Source: an uncultured Planctomycetales bacterium (GTDB taxonomy: Bacteria > Omnitrophota > Gorgyraeia > Gygaellales > Profunditerraquicolaceae). From it: DNA of 64,000 bases. The notes under the pieces were generated by a model. It saw only the letters and a list, made by a program, of their open reading frames with translations, did not search any database and had not been told where the DNA came from. The position numbers and the translations under genes were made by a program. The stretch is taken from positions 80,352-144,351 of the forward strand of contig CAZYCL010000002.1 in NCBI GenBank assembly GCA_964645795.1, in the 5' to 3' direction. Position 1 is the first letter of the stretch; every line of letters begins with the position of its first letter. This document shows, piece after piece, positions 55,115 to 64,000 of this stretch.

Positions 55115-56507
55115 TCTCGCCTCCGCGCCGATGAGTTCTCTTGGTCTTAGGAAAATCCTTTATCGCATCCAATGAATTCACCAGTTCATCCTCAGGCAGG
55201 GCATAATCGTTAAGCTCTCCCGCCAAATACTTCTCATAACCCGCTAAATCCATTAGGCCGTGCCCGCTATAATTGAAAAGGATCACCTTTTCCTTTCCCT
55301 CTTCCCTGGCTTTCCTGGCTTCATCGATCACGCAGGCGATGGCATGGCTGGTCTCGGGCGCGCAGATCGCCCCTTCCGTCCTGGCCCAAAGAAGCGCTGC
55401 TTCATAACACCTGATCTGGTCATAAGAAGCGGGCTCCAGCAATCCGTCTACGATCGCATGGCTTACTAAAGGCGCCATGCCGTGGTAGCGCAGGCCTCCG
55501 GCGTGTATCGGCGCCGGCACAAATTTATGACCCAGGGTAAACATGGGCAATAGCGGGGTCATTCCCGCAATATCGCCGAAATCATAAGTAAACGGACCGC
55601 GGGTGACCGTAGGGCAAGCCGTAGGCTCAACCGGTATAATCCGTATCTTCTCGCCGTGTATCTTATCGCAAACAAAAGGGAAGGATATCCCGGCAAAATT
55701 ACTGCCTCCTCCTACGCATCCTATGACTACATCCGGGAGCTTCTCTCCTGCCAATTTCAGCTGGGCCTTTGTTTCAAGGCCGATGATCGTCTGATGCAGC
55801 ATTACATGATTAAGCACGCTGCCCAGGGAATAACGGGTCTTTCCGCTGGCATCGCTGACCGCCTCTTCGACCGCTTCACTTATGGCAATACCCAGGCTGC
55901 CCGGGGTCTTAGGCATCTTCTTTAATATCTCCCGCCCAACTTTGGTGTCTGGGCTGGGGCTGGCCACGCATTTTGCCCCCCAAACCTGCATCATGACCTT
56001 ACGCATCGGCTTCTGGTCAAAGCTTATGCGCACCATAAAAACTTTACACTCCAGCCCGATCAGGCTGCAGGCAAAGGCCAGGGCGCTGCCCCACTGGCCA
56101 GCGCCGGTTTCGGTGGTCAGTTTTTCTATCCCAAACTGCTTGTTATACCATGCCTGGGCCACGGCGGTATTGGGCTTATGGCTGCCGGCGGGGCTGGTGC
56201 TCTCATCTTTATAATAAATGCGCGCCGGTGTCTTAAGATGTTTCTCAAGGTATTCGGCGCGCCGCAATGGCGACGGTCTCCAGCGATAGAGTATTTCCAA
56301 TATCTCTTCGGGTATATCAATCCATCGCTGTCTGGAAACCTCCTGTTCGATAAGGTTTGCCGGAAAGACCTTCTCCAGCATTCTAGGGTCTATGGGCTTG
56401 CCTTCGGCAGAAAGCAAAGGCTCCATAGGCGTAGGCAGGTCTGCAACCAGGTTATACCATTTTCTGGGGATATCCTTCTCTTCCAGGTATATTTTTTTCT
56501 GTGACAT
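55098..56507 (-). CDS. TrpB2-type tryptophan synthase beta-subunit-like PLP-dependent enzyme
   Basis: 469 aa with the PLP-lysine region [11 protein letters not shown] and [11 protein letters not shown]. The length and N-terminal extension fit the TrpB2 class. Confidence 0.8.
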   Translation of the reverse strand: MSQKKIYLEEKDIPRKWYNLVADLPTPMEPLLSAEGKPIDPRMLEKVFPANLIEQEVSRQRWIDIPEEILEILYRWRPSPLRRAEYLEKHLKTPARIYYKDESTSPAGSHKPNTAVAQAWYNKQFGIEKLTTETGAGQWGSALAFACSLIGLECKVFMVRISFDQKPMRKVMMQVWGAKCVASPSPDTKVGREILKKMPKTPGSLGIAISEAVEEAVSDASGKTRYSLGSVLNHVMLHQTIIGLETKAQLKLAGEKLPDVVIGCVGGGSNFAGISFPFVCDKIHGEKIRIIPVEPTACPTVTRGPFTYDFGDIAGMTPLLPMFTLGHKFVPAPIHAGGLRYHGMAPLVSHAIVDGLLEPASYDQIRCYEAALLWARTEGAICAPETSHAIACVIDEARKAREEGKEKVILFNYSGHGLMDLAGYEKYLAGELNDYALPEDELVNSLDAIKDFPKTKRTHRRGGENEDIH

Positions 56508-56515
56508 AAATTCTC

Positions 56516-57166
56516 CTATCGGCTCCTGACAACTCCTCTCCTGCTACATAATCTAAAAACAAAACATTTGGAACAAAAAGGCGAAACCGGCAAACATATA
56601 TTCTGTCCGAAGCCAACCATCAAGGTATTTAATTCTATCCAGAGCCTGCGCGGCACTATCTTTTTAAGTGCTTCTTGCGTATCTTCGGGGTTGCCGGTCT
56701 TAACCCATCCCAGGCGGTTGGATATACGGTGCACATGGGTATCGACGCATATCGCCGGGATCCCAAACCCCAGCCCCAGGACGAGGTTGGCGGTCTTAAG
56801 CCCCACCCCTTTGAAGGAAAGCAGGCTTTTGAGGTCAGACGGCACCTTGCCTGAAAAATCCCTTATGATCCTGCGGCTTAAGCCAAGGATGACCTTTGCC
56901 TTGTTGCGATAGAAACCTACCGGATATATGAGATTTTCAATGCGCTTAGATGTTAATTTTACCATATTAAAGGGATCATCCGCAATCTTAAATAACTTTG
57001 CGGCGGCCTCGACAGTAGTCTTGTCCTTGGTGCGCAGGCTTAATATACAAGAGACCAAAACCCGATAAGGGTCATTTTCGAAGGAGATGCGGGTGACCGA
57101 GGGAATAATAAAAGGCCGGACCTGCCGCCTTATCCGGCTAATCACTAAAAGCGTGCTTTTGGACAT
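56516..57166 (-). CDS. nth: Endonuclease III (HhH-GPD DNA glycosylase with a 4Fe-4S cluster)
   Basis: 216 aa. It has the HhH motif [19 protein letters not shown], a catalytic Asp (VDTHV) and C-x6-C-x2-C-x5-C at the C-terminus. Confidence 0.88.
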   Translation of the reverse strand: MSKSTLLVISRIRRQVRPFIIPSVTRISFENDPYRVLVSCILSLRTKDKTTVEAAAKLFKIADDPFNMVKLTSKRIENLIYPVGFYRNKAKVILGLSRRIIRDFSGKVPSDLKSLLSFKGVGLKTANLVLGLGFGIPAICVDTHVHRISNRLGWVKTGNPEDTQEALKKIVPRRLWIELNTLMVGFGQNICLPVSPFCSKCFVFRLCSRRGVVRSR

Positions 57167-57167
57167 G

Positions 57168-59003
57168 TTAGATGCGATTGCTGGCCGAGATCATGGTGCG
57201 GATGCCGTTATTGACTCTCTGTTTAAGCAGATCTTCCAGGGATATAGGAATTCTCAGCGACCAGTTGCGGGGATCGGTGGTGCCGGGTGAGTTGATGCGG
57301 TATTCGTAGGGATCTCCTTCCAGGATATCGGTCAGATACAGCCAGTCGATGATCGTATTGATGCAGAACACGGAACTTGAGCCAAGGTTCATATCAAATG
57401 CCTGGCGGGTTATATGCGCATCGCTTTTCTCCCGCATGGCGCCCTTAATCGCCAAATGCTTCCAAAGCTTTTCTTTCTCAAGGTAGGTATTCTGATACAT
57501 ATCGATAAAATCCGCCACCTCTTCCTTCTTCTTGCCCAGAGTCTCTACCAAAGTCTCTGCGGATTTCACCTCTTCGCGCCAGCGCAGCCTCCCGTGGCGG
57601 CTGCGTTCGGGATCAAAGAGCATATTTTTTATTCGTTCGTAATCTATGTGCCGGTCACTGCACTTACGCATGAACAGGGCTTCGTCGACCGTTCCAGCTT
57701 CATTCTCCCACCAACCGCAGAAATTAGTGGTGTCATGGGTAGAAAGCATTGTCACCGATATCGTCCGGTATTCCTGGGGAGGAAGGAAATCATGCTTTGA
57801 AACCCAGTCCTTGACCCAGCGCTGCACGTCGTTTCCGGGAATGCCGAACTCTTCCAGGGCTTCGGTGCAGGTCTTAGGGACTACGCCCAGGTCTTCGGCG
57901 CAAAGAAGCATCGAAGTATTATTGATAATAAAAGTGAGGATGTTGCGGCCGTGTTCTCCCCAGAGCTTTTCATCCCGAGGGTCAAAGAAACCGTTTAAAC
58001 CCTGGTTCTCCAGCGGGTCGGCGTATGGTATGCCCCAAATACGGAAAAGCCCCACCACGTGGTCTATCCTTAATATATCGTAGAAGTTCTGGGCGAACTT
58101 GAGCTTTTCCTTCAGATACCTCCAACTGTCAGAAATGATCTTTTCCCAGTTGTAAAGAGGCATGCCCCAGCGCTGACCTTTAGCGCAGTACATATCGGGA
58201 GGGGCGCCTGCGGCAAAATCCAGCTTGAAAAACTCTCGATGCGCCCATACATCGGCGCTGTCGCGGGAAACCAGGATCGGCAGGTCTCCTTTGATGAGGA
58301 CGTTTTTTTCTTTGGCGTACTCTTTTACCTGCCTGAACTGCCTGAATAACTGCCACTGCAGCCACATCTGGAACTCGATCTGCTGCCTGTAGCCGGAACG
58401 GAAATCTTCAAGCTCTTTCTGGTGGCGGTCGCGGTAGGCAGGCGGCCATTCATACCACGGCTTCATCTGATGGCGCTCTTTGAGCACCTTAAAAAGCGCC
58501 AAATCTTCAAGCCAGTAGCTGTTTTCTCCTTTGAACTTCTCAAAGGCAGAAGACTCTTTGGCGACACCTTCATAAACCGCACCTAAGAACTTTAACTTCT
58601 CCTCTTTGATCTTATAATCGACGTGCTTCTGGCTGCAGGGGTATCTGTCCCTTAAAGAACTGATCTCCTTTGCCGCCGCCCCTGGCCCGCAGAAATGTTC
58701 CAGGCCCATATACATCGGCTCCAGGGCAAAAGAGCTGATGGAATCATAAGGACAAAAGGCAGAGCCGACCTCGTTCATCGGCAGCAACTGGATGATGGAG
58801 TTACCCGTAACTTCGGCCCAGTCAATGAGCAGCTTGAGATCGGGGATCTCGCCGATACCCGTACTGGCCTTGGAGTAAAGAGAGAAAAGCGGGGCCAGGA
58901 CCCCGCTTCTGCGCTTAATCTTCACCTTTTTCCATTTATTACGGGAAGCGGTCGTTAAAAGACCTTCGAGGGAGTCGGTGTTTGCGGGCAGGCTTGGGCT
59001 CAT
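57168..59003 (-). CDS. malQ: 4-alpha-glucanotransferase (amylomaltase, GH77)
   Basis: 611 aa with typical GH77 blocks (...LRIDHVVGLFRIW..., ...AEDLGVVP...). Confidence 0.88.
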   Translation of the reverse strand: MSPSLPANTDSLEGLLTTASRNKWKKVKIKRRSGVLAPLFSLYSKASTGIGEIPDLKLLIDWAEVTGNSIIQLLPMNEVGSAFCPYDSISSFALEPMYMGLEHFCGPGAAAKEISSLRDRYPCSQKHVDYKIKEEKLKFLGAVYEGVAKESSAFEKFKGENSYWLEDLALFKVLKERHQMKPWYEWPPAYRDRHQKELEDFRSGYRQQIEFQMWLQWQLFRQFRQVKEYAKEKNVLIKGDLPILVSRDSADVWAHREFFKLDFAAGAPPDMYCAKGQRWGMPLYNWEKIISDSWRYLKEKLKFAQNFYDILRIDHVVGLFRIWGIPYADPLENQGLNGFFDPRDEKLWGEHGRNILTFIINNTSMLLCAEDLGVVPKTCTEALEEFGIPGNDVQRWVKDWVSKHDFLPPQEYRTISVTMLSTHDTTNFCGWWENEAGTVDEALFMRKCSDRHIDYERIKNMLFDPERSRHGRLRWREEVKSAETLVETLGKKKEEVADFIDMYQNTYLEKEKLWKHLAIKGAMREKSDAHITRQAFDMNLGSSSVFCINTIIDWLYLTDILEGDPYEYRINSPGTTDPRNWSLRIPISLEDLLKQRVNNGIRTMISASNRI

Positions 59004-59809
59004 CGCAGGAATATAAGCCTTATCGCCTTATCAAACCAGAAAAGGGCTATGAGGCAAGCCAGGGCCAGAAAGGGGCCGTAAGGCATGGTGTGGTCTTTTT
59101 TCCTGATAAGATTGTAAATTCCGAATACCAGACCGAAAAACGGAGCAATAAAAAAGGTAAGGGTCGCCCTCTGCCAACCGAGGAACGCGCCGATCATAGC
59201 CAATAGCTTTACGTCTCCGCCCCCCAAAGATTCTGTCTCGCCCTGAATAGGAGGCCTTTTTAACAGCTTAAAATACACTAAATCAAAAAGAGAGCCGGTC
59301 AAGAAGATGAGCCCGCCGCCGACCACCGCTCCAACCAGGGAGTTGACCAGCGGTTTGAACGAAAAATAAAACGGCGAAAGCTCTACCCCCCGTATGGCGC
59401 TCAAGACAAAACCCAAAAGCATGCCTCCGATAGAGACTTCGTCTGGGATGATGCGCTCCCTTATGTCGGTGAAAGTAGCTACGATCAGGCCGCAGGCAAA
59501 CACGATATAAAAGAAGAAATCATAGCTTAGGCCGTAGCGGGAAATCAGCGCCGCAAATATCGCCGCCGTTATCAACTCGACGACAAAATACCGCACTGAT
59601 ATCGGCTGGCGGCAGTCCCGGCACTTTCCCCTAAGGATGAGGTAGCTTAATAAAGGGATGTTATCATAACCGCGTATCTTCTTACGGCATTTTGGGCAGT
59701 GAGAACGGGGCCAGACAACCGACTCACCCGACGGCAGGCGAATGATGCAAACGTTAAGAAAACTGCCCACCAGCGCTCCGAATACAAAAGCAAATAAGCC
59801 TGAGATCAT
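59000..59809 (-). CDS. pilD: Type IV prepilin leader peptidase (A24 family)
   Basis: 269 aa. It has the N-terminal CPKC...C..C zinc tetracysteine, a polytopic membrane core and catalytic Asp residues. Confidence 0.9.
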   Translation of the reverse strand: MISGLFAFVFGALVGSFLNVCIIRLPSGESVVWPRSHCPKCRKKIRGYDNIPLLSYLILRGKCRDCRQPISVRYFVVELITAAIFAALISRYGLSYDFFFYIVFACGLIVATFTDIRERIIPDEVSIGGMLLGFVLSAIRGVELSPFYFSFKPLVNSLVGAVVGGGLIFLTGSLFDLVYFKLLKRPPIQGETESLGGGDVKLLAMIGAFLGWQRATLTFFIAPFFGLVFGIYNLIRKKDHTMPYGPFLALACLIALFWFDKAIRLIFLR

Positions 59810-60663
59810 ATTTTGCCGACTCCTTCGTTTAGCGCCCGGGACATTATCTGGATAGGGGCAGATACCCCGGTAAAATGCCCAAAGGAAAGGGCGCCTTGAT
59901 ATAAAAGCATCCCCAGGCCGTTGGCGGTCTTTGCGCCGACTTTCTTGGCCATAGATAACAGTTTCGTTTCTGCGGGATTGTAAATCAAATCGTAGACAAA
60001 CAACCCTTTATGCAGCATCTTTTCTTCTATCAAGCAGGGATCGGATCCTTTTAATCCTACGGGAGTGGCATTTACAAGCAGGGCCTTATCTCTTATCTCT
60101 AAGTCCCGGATGCCGGTTGCTATGGACATTTGAAAATCAGGGAACAGGCTTTTTATCATATCGGATAAATTTCTTGCTTTGGTCTTATCGATGTCAAAAA
60201 CAGCGGTTTCTGCGGCTCCGAGCTTGGCCAAAACGTAGCTGACGGCCCTGGCAGCCCCTCCTGCTCCGATTATGGCAGCCTTTTTATTGGCGGGCTCGAA
60301 GTTCTCTTTTAAGTGCTTTTCAAAACCCGGGATATCCGTATTAAAACCTTTCCAGGAGTTGTTCTTCTTTACCATGGTGTTGACGGCTCTTACCTGTTTT
60401 AAATAAAAAGACTGCCGGTCAAGCTCGACGTAATTTAATACCTTTTCTTTATAAGGGACAGTGATGTTCAGGCCGCAAATACCGCTTTTATCCAGGTCTT
60501 TTAAGAACCCTTCGATTTCTTCGGGCGCTACTTCGAAGGCCTTGTATTCTGCATTAATATCCAACGCGCAAAATGCCGCGTTGTGCATTAGGGGCGAGAG
60601 GCTGTGTTTTACCGGATAGCCCAATACGCCGTAAATCGCTTTACTTCCATCCTTAGTCATCAA
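59806..60663 (-). CDS. aroE: Shikimate dehydrogenase
   Basis: 285 aa with GYPVKHSLSP.MHNAAF and the NADP site GAGGAARAV. The start is either TTG at 60663 or ATG at 60660. Confidence 0.92.
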   Translation of the reverse strand: MMTKDGSKAIYGVLGYPVKHSLSPLMHNAAFCALDINAEYKAFEVAPEEIEGFLKDLDKSGICGLNITVPYKEKVLNYVELDRQSFYLKQVRAVNTMVKKNNSWKGFNTDIPGFEKHLKENFEPANKKAAIIGAGGAARAVSYVLAKLGAAETAVFDIDKTKARNLSDMIKSLFPDFQMSIATGIRDLEIRDKALLVNATPVGLKGSDPCLIEEKMLHKGLFVYDLIYNPAETKLLSMAKKVGAKTANGLGMLLYQGALSFGHFTGVSAPIQIMSRALNEGVGKI

Positions 60664-60691
60664 GTATGTAATTTTTTCGTTTTACGTAAAT

Positions 60692-60776
60692 CGGTTGCGT
60701 AGTCAGAATCGTAGGTCGTCTTACGTTTTAGGTCACGTTATACGTATAACGATAAACGTTTCCAGCTACGCAACCG
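60692..60776. repeat. ACGT-rich intergenic element with an 11-bp inverted repeat (CGGTTGCGTAG ... CTACGCAACCG); GTTACG/CGTAAC family member C and the terminator region after leuA
   Basis: The arms at 60692-60702 and 60766-60776 flank multiple TTACGT/ACGTAA motifs. It lies between the leuA stop (60795) and the aroE start. Confidence 0.55.
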
Positions 60777-60794
60777 TATAACTATTTACGTTAA

Positions 60795-62300
60795 TTAAAG
60801 GCTCTCGATCTTGTTAAGCGCGTTGATGTATGCCTTAAGCGAGGCCTCGACGATATCGGTAGAGGAGCCGCGGCTGGTAACGGTCCTGCCCTTGGCCTTG
60901 AGCCTCAGGCTTACCTCTCCCAGGGCGTCTTTGCCCTTGGTAACGGCTTCGATACGGTAATCCTGCAGTTCGCCTTTTACGCCGGTGATCTTATCTATGG
61001 CCTTAAAGCAGGCATCTACCGGGCCGTCTCCGCCGGACTTGGCGAAGATCTCCTTACCTTTGTATTTAAGGGTAACTTCGGCGGCGGGAGCCACCTTTGT
61101 GCCGGAAGTAGTGACAAAACTTTCCAGCCTCCAAACGGGCTTGATGCTGCCGGTATGATCCTCAACAATGGAAACGAGATCGTCGTCAAAGATGTTCTTT
61201 TTCTTATCCGCCAGCTCCTTTAGCTTTGCGTTGACTTCGTCAATTTGAGCGGCAGTCAAGTTGTATCCAAGCTCCTTGAGCCTTTCTGCCAAGGCGTGCC
61301 TTCCCGAATGCTTGCCTAAGACGATGCCGGTGCCTGTAAAACCCACGTCCTCGGACCGGATAATCTCATAGGTTGACCTCTCTTTCAACACTCCGTCCTG
61401 GTGTATCCCGGATTCATGCCTGAAAGCGTTAGAGCCGACTATGGCTTTGTTAGGCTGGACCACGAATCCGGTCAGCTTGCTTACTAAACGCGAGGTCTTG
61501 TATATGTTAGGCGTAACGATACCGGTCTCTACGTCGCCAAAAAGATCGCGGCGGGTCCTGATGGTCATGACGATCTCTTCAAGCGAGGCGTTACCGGCGC
61601 GCTCGCCTATGCCGTTAACGGTGCATTCGACCTGGCGGGCGCCGTTCTTGATCGCGGCCAGGGAATTGGCAACGCCTAAGCCCAGATCGTTGTGGCAGTG
61701 CACGGAAAGCACCGCCTTGTTGACATTGGAGACATTTTCTTTAAGGAACCTGATCAAGCTGCCGAACTCCTCAGGATAAGAATAACCTACCGTATCGGGA
61801 ATGTTTACCGCCGTAGCCCCGGCATCGATCACCGCTTCGACCACCTGCTTTAAGAAGTTGCGCTCGGTGCGCGAGCCGTCTTCGGGAGAAAAATCAACCT
61901 CCGCGCAGTATTTTCTGGCGTATTTTACGCTCTCCACCGCCAGACGCAGTATCTCATCCTCCGCCTTTTTTAGCTTATACTGCATGTGGATCTTGGAGGT
62001 GGCCAGGAATACGTGTATGCGCGGCCTCCTGGATAAGCGGACCGCCTCCCACGCAGCGTCGATATCGGCCTTTACGCAACGCGCCAAAGCGCAGATAACC
62101 GGGCCTTTTATCTGCTTAGCGATTACCTGGACAGAAGACAGGTCTCCGGGGCTGGATATCGGAAATCCCGCCTCGATCACGTCTACTCCCAAATCCGCCA
62201 AGGCGCGGGCGACCTCAATCTTTTCCGCCGGGTTCAGGCTCGCTCCGGGCGCCTGCTCCCCGTCCCTTAAAGTTGTATCAAATATTATAATTTTGTCCAT
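60795..62300 (-). CDS. leuA: 2-isopropylmalate synthase (or closely related citramalate synthase) with a C-terminal LeuA-dimer regulatory domain
   Basis: 501 aa with the FDTTLRDGEQAPG and HCHNDLGLGVANSLAA motifs plus a C-terminal regulatory domain. It is adjacent to ilvC and ilvH. Confidence 0.85.
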   Translation of the reverse strand: MDKIIIFDTTLRDGEQAPGASLNPAEKIEVARALADLGVDVIEAGFPISSPGDLSSVQVIAKQIKGPVICALARCVKADIDAAWEAVRLSRRPRIHVFLATSKIHMQYKLKKAEDEILRLAVESVKYARKYCAEVDFSPEDGSRTERNFLKQVVEAVIDAGATAVNIPDTVGYSYPEEFGSLIRFLKENVSNVNKAVLSVHCHNDLGLGVANSLAAIKNGARQVECTVNGIGERAGNASLEEIVMTIRTRRDLFGDVETGIVTPNIYKTSRLVSKLTGFVVQPNKAIVGSNAFRHESGIHQDGVLKERSTYEIIRSEDVGFTGTGIVLGKHSGRHALAERLKELGYNLTAAQIDEVNAKLKELADKKKNIFDDDLVSIVEDHTGSIKPVWRLESFVTTSGTKVAPAAEVTLKYKGKEIFAKSGGDGPVDACFKAIDKITGVKGELQDYRIEAVTKGKDALGEVSLRLKAKGRTVTSRGSSTDIVEASLKAYINALNKIESL

Positions 62301-62321
62301 GTTCTACCACTCTATCTTATT

Positions 62322-62433
62322 GTTTCAAGTTGTGAATTCTGCTGAGCGGGTGGCTTGGTTTGATTTTCGAGTTGCGTGCTGCGGCGAGAAAACAAACCAA
62401 GACAGGCCCCGCGAAGCCTAGCACAACTTGAAA
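62322..62433 (-). promoter_or_regulatory. Long imperfect hairpin in the leuA 5' leader (outer stem GTTTCAAGTTGTG/CACAACTTGAAA; inner stem CTTGGTTTGATTTTC/GAAAACAAACCAAG). It may be an attenuator or riboregulator.
   Basis: It is about 110 nt of nested self-complementarity immediately upstream of the leuA start (62300). It has no similarity to the other repeat families in the window. Confidence 0.45.
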
Positions 62434-62439
62434 TCGTTT

Positions 62440-62729
62440 TACTTCTTCATCCAGGGCATTAAATGAGGCCACGACTTACGGAGCCCGAAGGGCGAGGTAA
62501 GTCGTTGGGCCGAATTTACGCCGAGCCTGCTCAAAAAATTTATATCAAATTTTTTGAGCGCTTAGGCTAGGCGCTACTTCTTCATCCAGGGCATTAAATG
62601 AGGCCACGACTTACGGAGCCCGAAGGGCGAGGTAAGTCGTTGGGCCGAATTTACGCCGAGCCTGCTCAAAAAATTTATATCAAATTTTTTGAGCGCTTAG
62701 GCTAGGCGCTACTTCTTCATCCAGGGCAT
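62440..62729. repeat. 135-bp direct tandem repeat (2 full copies plus a 20-bp partial third) duplicating the last 7 codons of ilvC together with two downstream hairpins
   Basis: The unit boundaries at 62440, 62575 and 62710 all begin TACTTCTTCATCCAGGGCAT. Each unit contains the stem-loop GGCCACGACTTAC..GTAAGTCGTTGGGCC and the AT-rich hairpin GCTCAAAAAATTTATATCAAATTTTTTGAGC (62529-62559 and 62664-62694). Confidence 0.85.
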
Positions 62730-63701
62730 CATCTCCCTTAACTGCCTTCCCACCTTCTCGATCTGGTGCTCATCGCCTTCTTTAAGCAAGCGGTCAAAGT
62801 TCTTGCGGCCTTCCTCATTCTCTTTTATCCACTCCTTGGCAAATTTACCCTTGGTTATTTCTTTGAGCATCTTCTTCATCTCTTTGCGGGTCTTCGCGGT
62901 AATAATCCTCTTGCCGCGGGTAAGGTCGCCGTAGCAGGCGGTATTGGATACCCTGCGCCTCATGCCTGATATTCCGTACTCCTGGATAAGGTCAGTGATG
63001 AGCTTTAGCTCATGCAAGACTTCAAAATAAGCTATCTCCGGCTGATACCCTGCCTCCACCAATGTATCGAATCCGGCGATTATCAACTCGCTGACGCCTC
63101 CGCAGAGCACCGCCTGCTCGCCAAATAGATCGGTCTCGGTCTCTTCGTTAAAGGTAGTCTCGATCACGCCGGCCTTGGTGGCGCCGATTGCCTTGGCATA
63201 AGCCAGGCCGATCTGCTTGGCGCTACCGGAAGCATCCTGAAATACAGCCAGGAGGCTTGGCACGCCTTTACCTTCTTCGTACATGCGCCTTACTAATGCC
63301 CCCGGGCCTTTGGGAGCGACCATGAATACGTCGACCTTCTTGGGCGGCTTGATCTGCTTGAAGCGAATGTTGAAACCGTGAGAGAAACAAAGCGCCTTGC
63401 CCTTCTTAAGGTTCGGCTTTATCGCCTCATTATAAACCTTGGCCTGGACATGGTCTTGGGTGAGTATCTGGATGATGTCGGCCTTCTCTGCTACCTCGGC
63501 CGCCGGCATCGGGCTGAAACCGTCTTTTTTGGCCTGTTCGTAATTCGGGGTCCCTTGCATTTCGGAAACAATAACATTGCATCCGGAATCACGCAGGCAT
63601 AGCGCCTGTCCGCGGCCCTGTATGCCGTAACCGATAATGCCGATGGTCTTTCCTTTTAATAAATTCAAATCCGCGTCATTTTCGTAGTAAACCTTGATCA
63701 T
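62709..63701 (-). CDS. ilvC: Ketol-acid reductoisomerase
   Basis: 330 aa with [20 protein letters not shown] and a typical class-I KARI C-terminal knot domain. Confidence 0.96.
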   Translation of the reverse strand: MIKVYYENDADLNLLKGKTIGIIGYGIQGRGQALCLRDSGCNVIVSEMQGTPNYEQAKKDGFSPMPAAEVAEKADIIQILTQDHVQAKVYNEAIKPNLKKGKALCFSHGFNIRFKQIKPPKKVDVFMVAPKGPGALVRRMYEEGKGVPSLLAVFQDASGSAKQIGLAYAKAIGATKAGVIETTFNEETETDLFGEQAVLCGGVSELIIAGFDTLVEAGYQPEIAYFEVLHELKLITDLIQEYGISGMRRRVSNTACYGDLTRGKRIITAKTRKEMKKMLKEITKGKFAKEWIKENEEGRKNFDRLLKEGDEHQIEKVGRQLREMMPWMKK

Positions 63702-63718
63702 CTTCCTACCCCTTTCTT

Positions 63719-64000
63719 TTATGCTATCGCGATCCTGCCGGTCCTGGCCAACTCCTTGATCCCAAACTGGCCCAATCCTTCCAAAAGCTGTTTTACCTGC
63801 GCCTGATCACCCACCGCCTCGATTATCGCCTCCTCCTCTTTATGCTGTATGAGCTTGGCGACATGTTTATTAAGCAGTGCTTCGATCTTCGGCTTATCTT
63901 TCGAAGAGTAATTTATCTTTATCAGGACAAGCTCGCGGTCAACGTGTTCCTTTTTGGTAAAATCCGTCACGGTGATCACATCGATGAGCTTGTTGAGCTG
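63719..64000 (-). CDS. ilvH: Acetolactate synthase small (regulatory) subunit, C-terminal part; the N-terminus lies beyond the window
   Basis: The C-terminal ..[11 protein letters not shown] ending matches IlvH/IlvN. The ORF continues in frame past position 64000 ([13 protein letters not shown]...). Its position upstream of ilvC is canonical. Confidence 0.75.
   Translation of the reverse strand, partial: QLNKLIDVITVTDFTKKEHVDRELVLIKINYSSKDKPKIEALLNKHVAKLIQHKEEEAIIEAVGDQAQVKQLLEGLGQFGIKELARTGRIAIA

Noticed and set aside
62440-62730. Repeated mini-ORFs MPWMKK* as candidate leader peptides for leuA attenuation
   Set aside because: They are exact copies of the last codons of ilvC produced by the 135-bp tandem duplication. 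They contain no Leu codons and have no independent RBS, so they are not a leucine leader peptide.

Overview
This 64 kb window is a chromosomal segment of about 52% GC. Almost all genes are co-directional on the minus strand; the only convincing plus-strand gene is a Ski2-like helicase at 43841-45718. The gene content points to a diderm, LPS-producing bacterium from a poorly characterised lineage: kdsA/B/C/D, lpxK, waaA, lptA/B, an ADP-heptose kinase, several GT9 heptosyltransferases, and in addition SpoVG, a PPIase-less trigger factor and several fused enzymes. I found no rRNA, tRNA or CRISPR array. Reading on the minus strand from the high-coordinate end down: (1) ilvH(partial)-ilvC-leuA, aroE, pilD, malQ (GH77), nth, a TrpB2-type enzyme, a YjbQ paralog, a Macro-NUDIX fusion and a divergent PGI-like protein. 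(2) A roughly 1795-aa secreted protein with no recognisable domain that carries at least 13 copies of a short S-S-P-[I/V/L] motif and poly-acidic tracts. It is flanked by an AT-rich upstream island and by palindromic repeat elements, and is the most novel-looking object in the window. (3) A thermonuclease, a DUF3786 protein, aroC, spoVG, aroK, dprA, topA, xerC, waaA, tadA, a NUDIX hydrolase, a STAS-PilZ protein, a HAD hydrolase, a GDT1-family protein and a YjbQ paralog. (4) A large LPS core cluster: lpxK, an LpxL-ELM1 fusion, a GT4-GT9 fusion, a GT4, a CE4 deacetylase, a GT9, a tandem-GT9 fusion, a DUF3108-like protein, a deoxyhypusine-synthase-like protein, the heptose kinase, and kdsB, kdsA, kdsD, kdsC, lptA-like and lptB. 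(5) tig, clpP, a class-V aminotransferase, serA, two apparent pseudo-enzymes, a second LeuA/NifV-family synthase, purA, two lipoproteins, a DUF4912 protein, a GH57 enzyme, uppS and cdsA (partial). Two intergenic repeat families recur: GGGGACGGTTC-based palindromes at four loci, including a 3 x 26-bp tandem array, and GTTACG/CGTAAC-rich palindromes at three loci. There is also an (NNTAGCG)4 inverted heptad array, a 135-bp tandem duplication of the ilvC 3' end, and a long structured leuA leader. Most plus-strand ORFs in the supplied track are antisense shadows of the minus-strand genes and are rejected below. No search could be run, so every product name rests on motif recognition.
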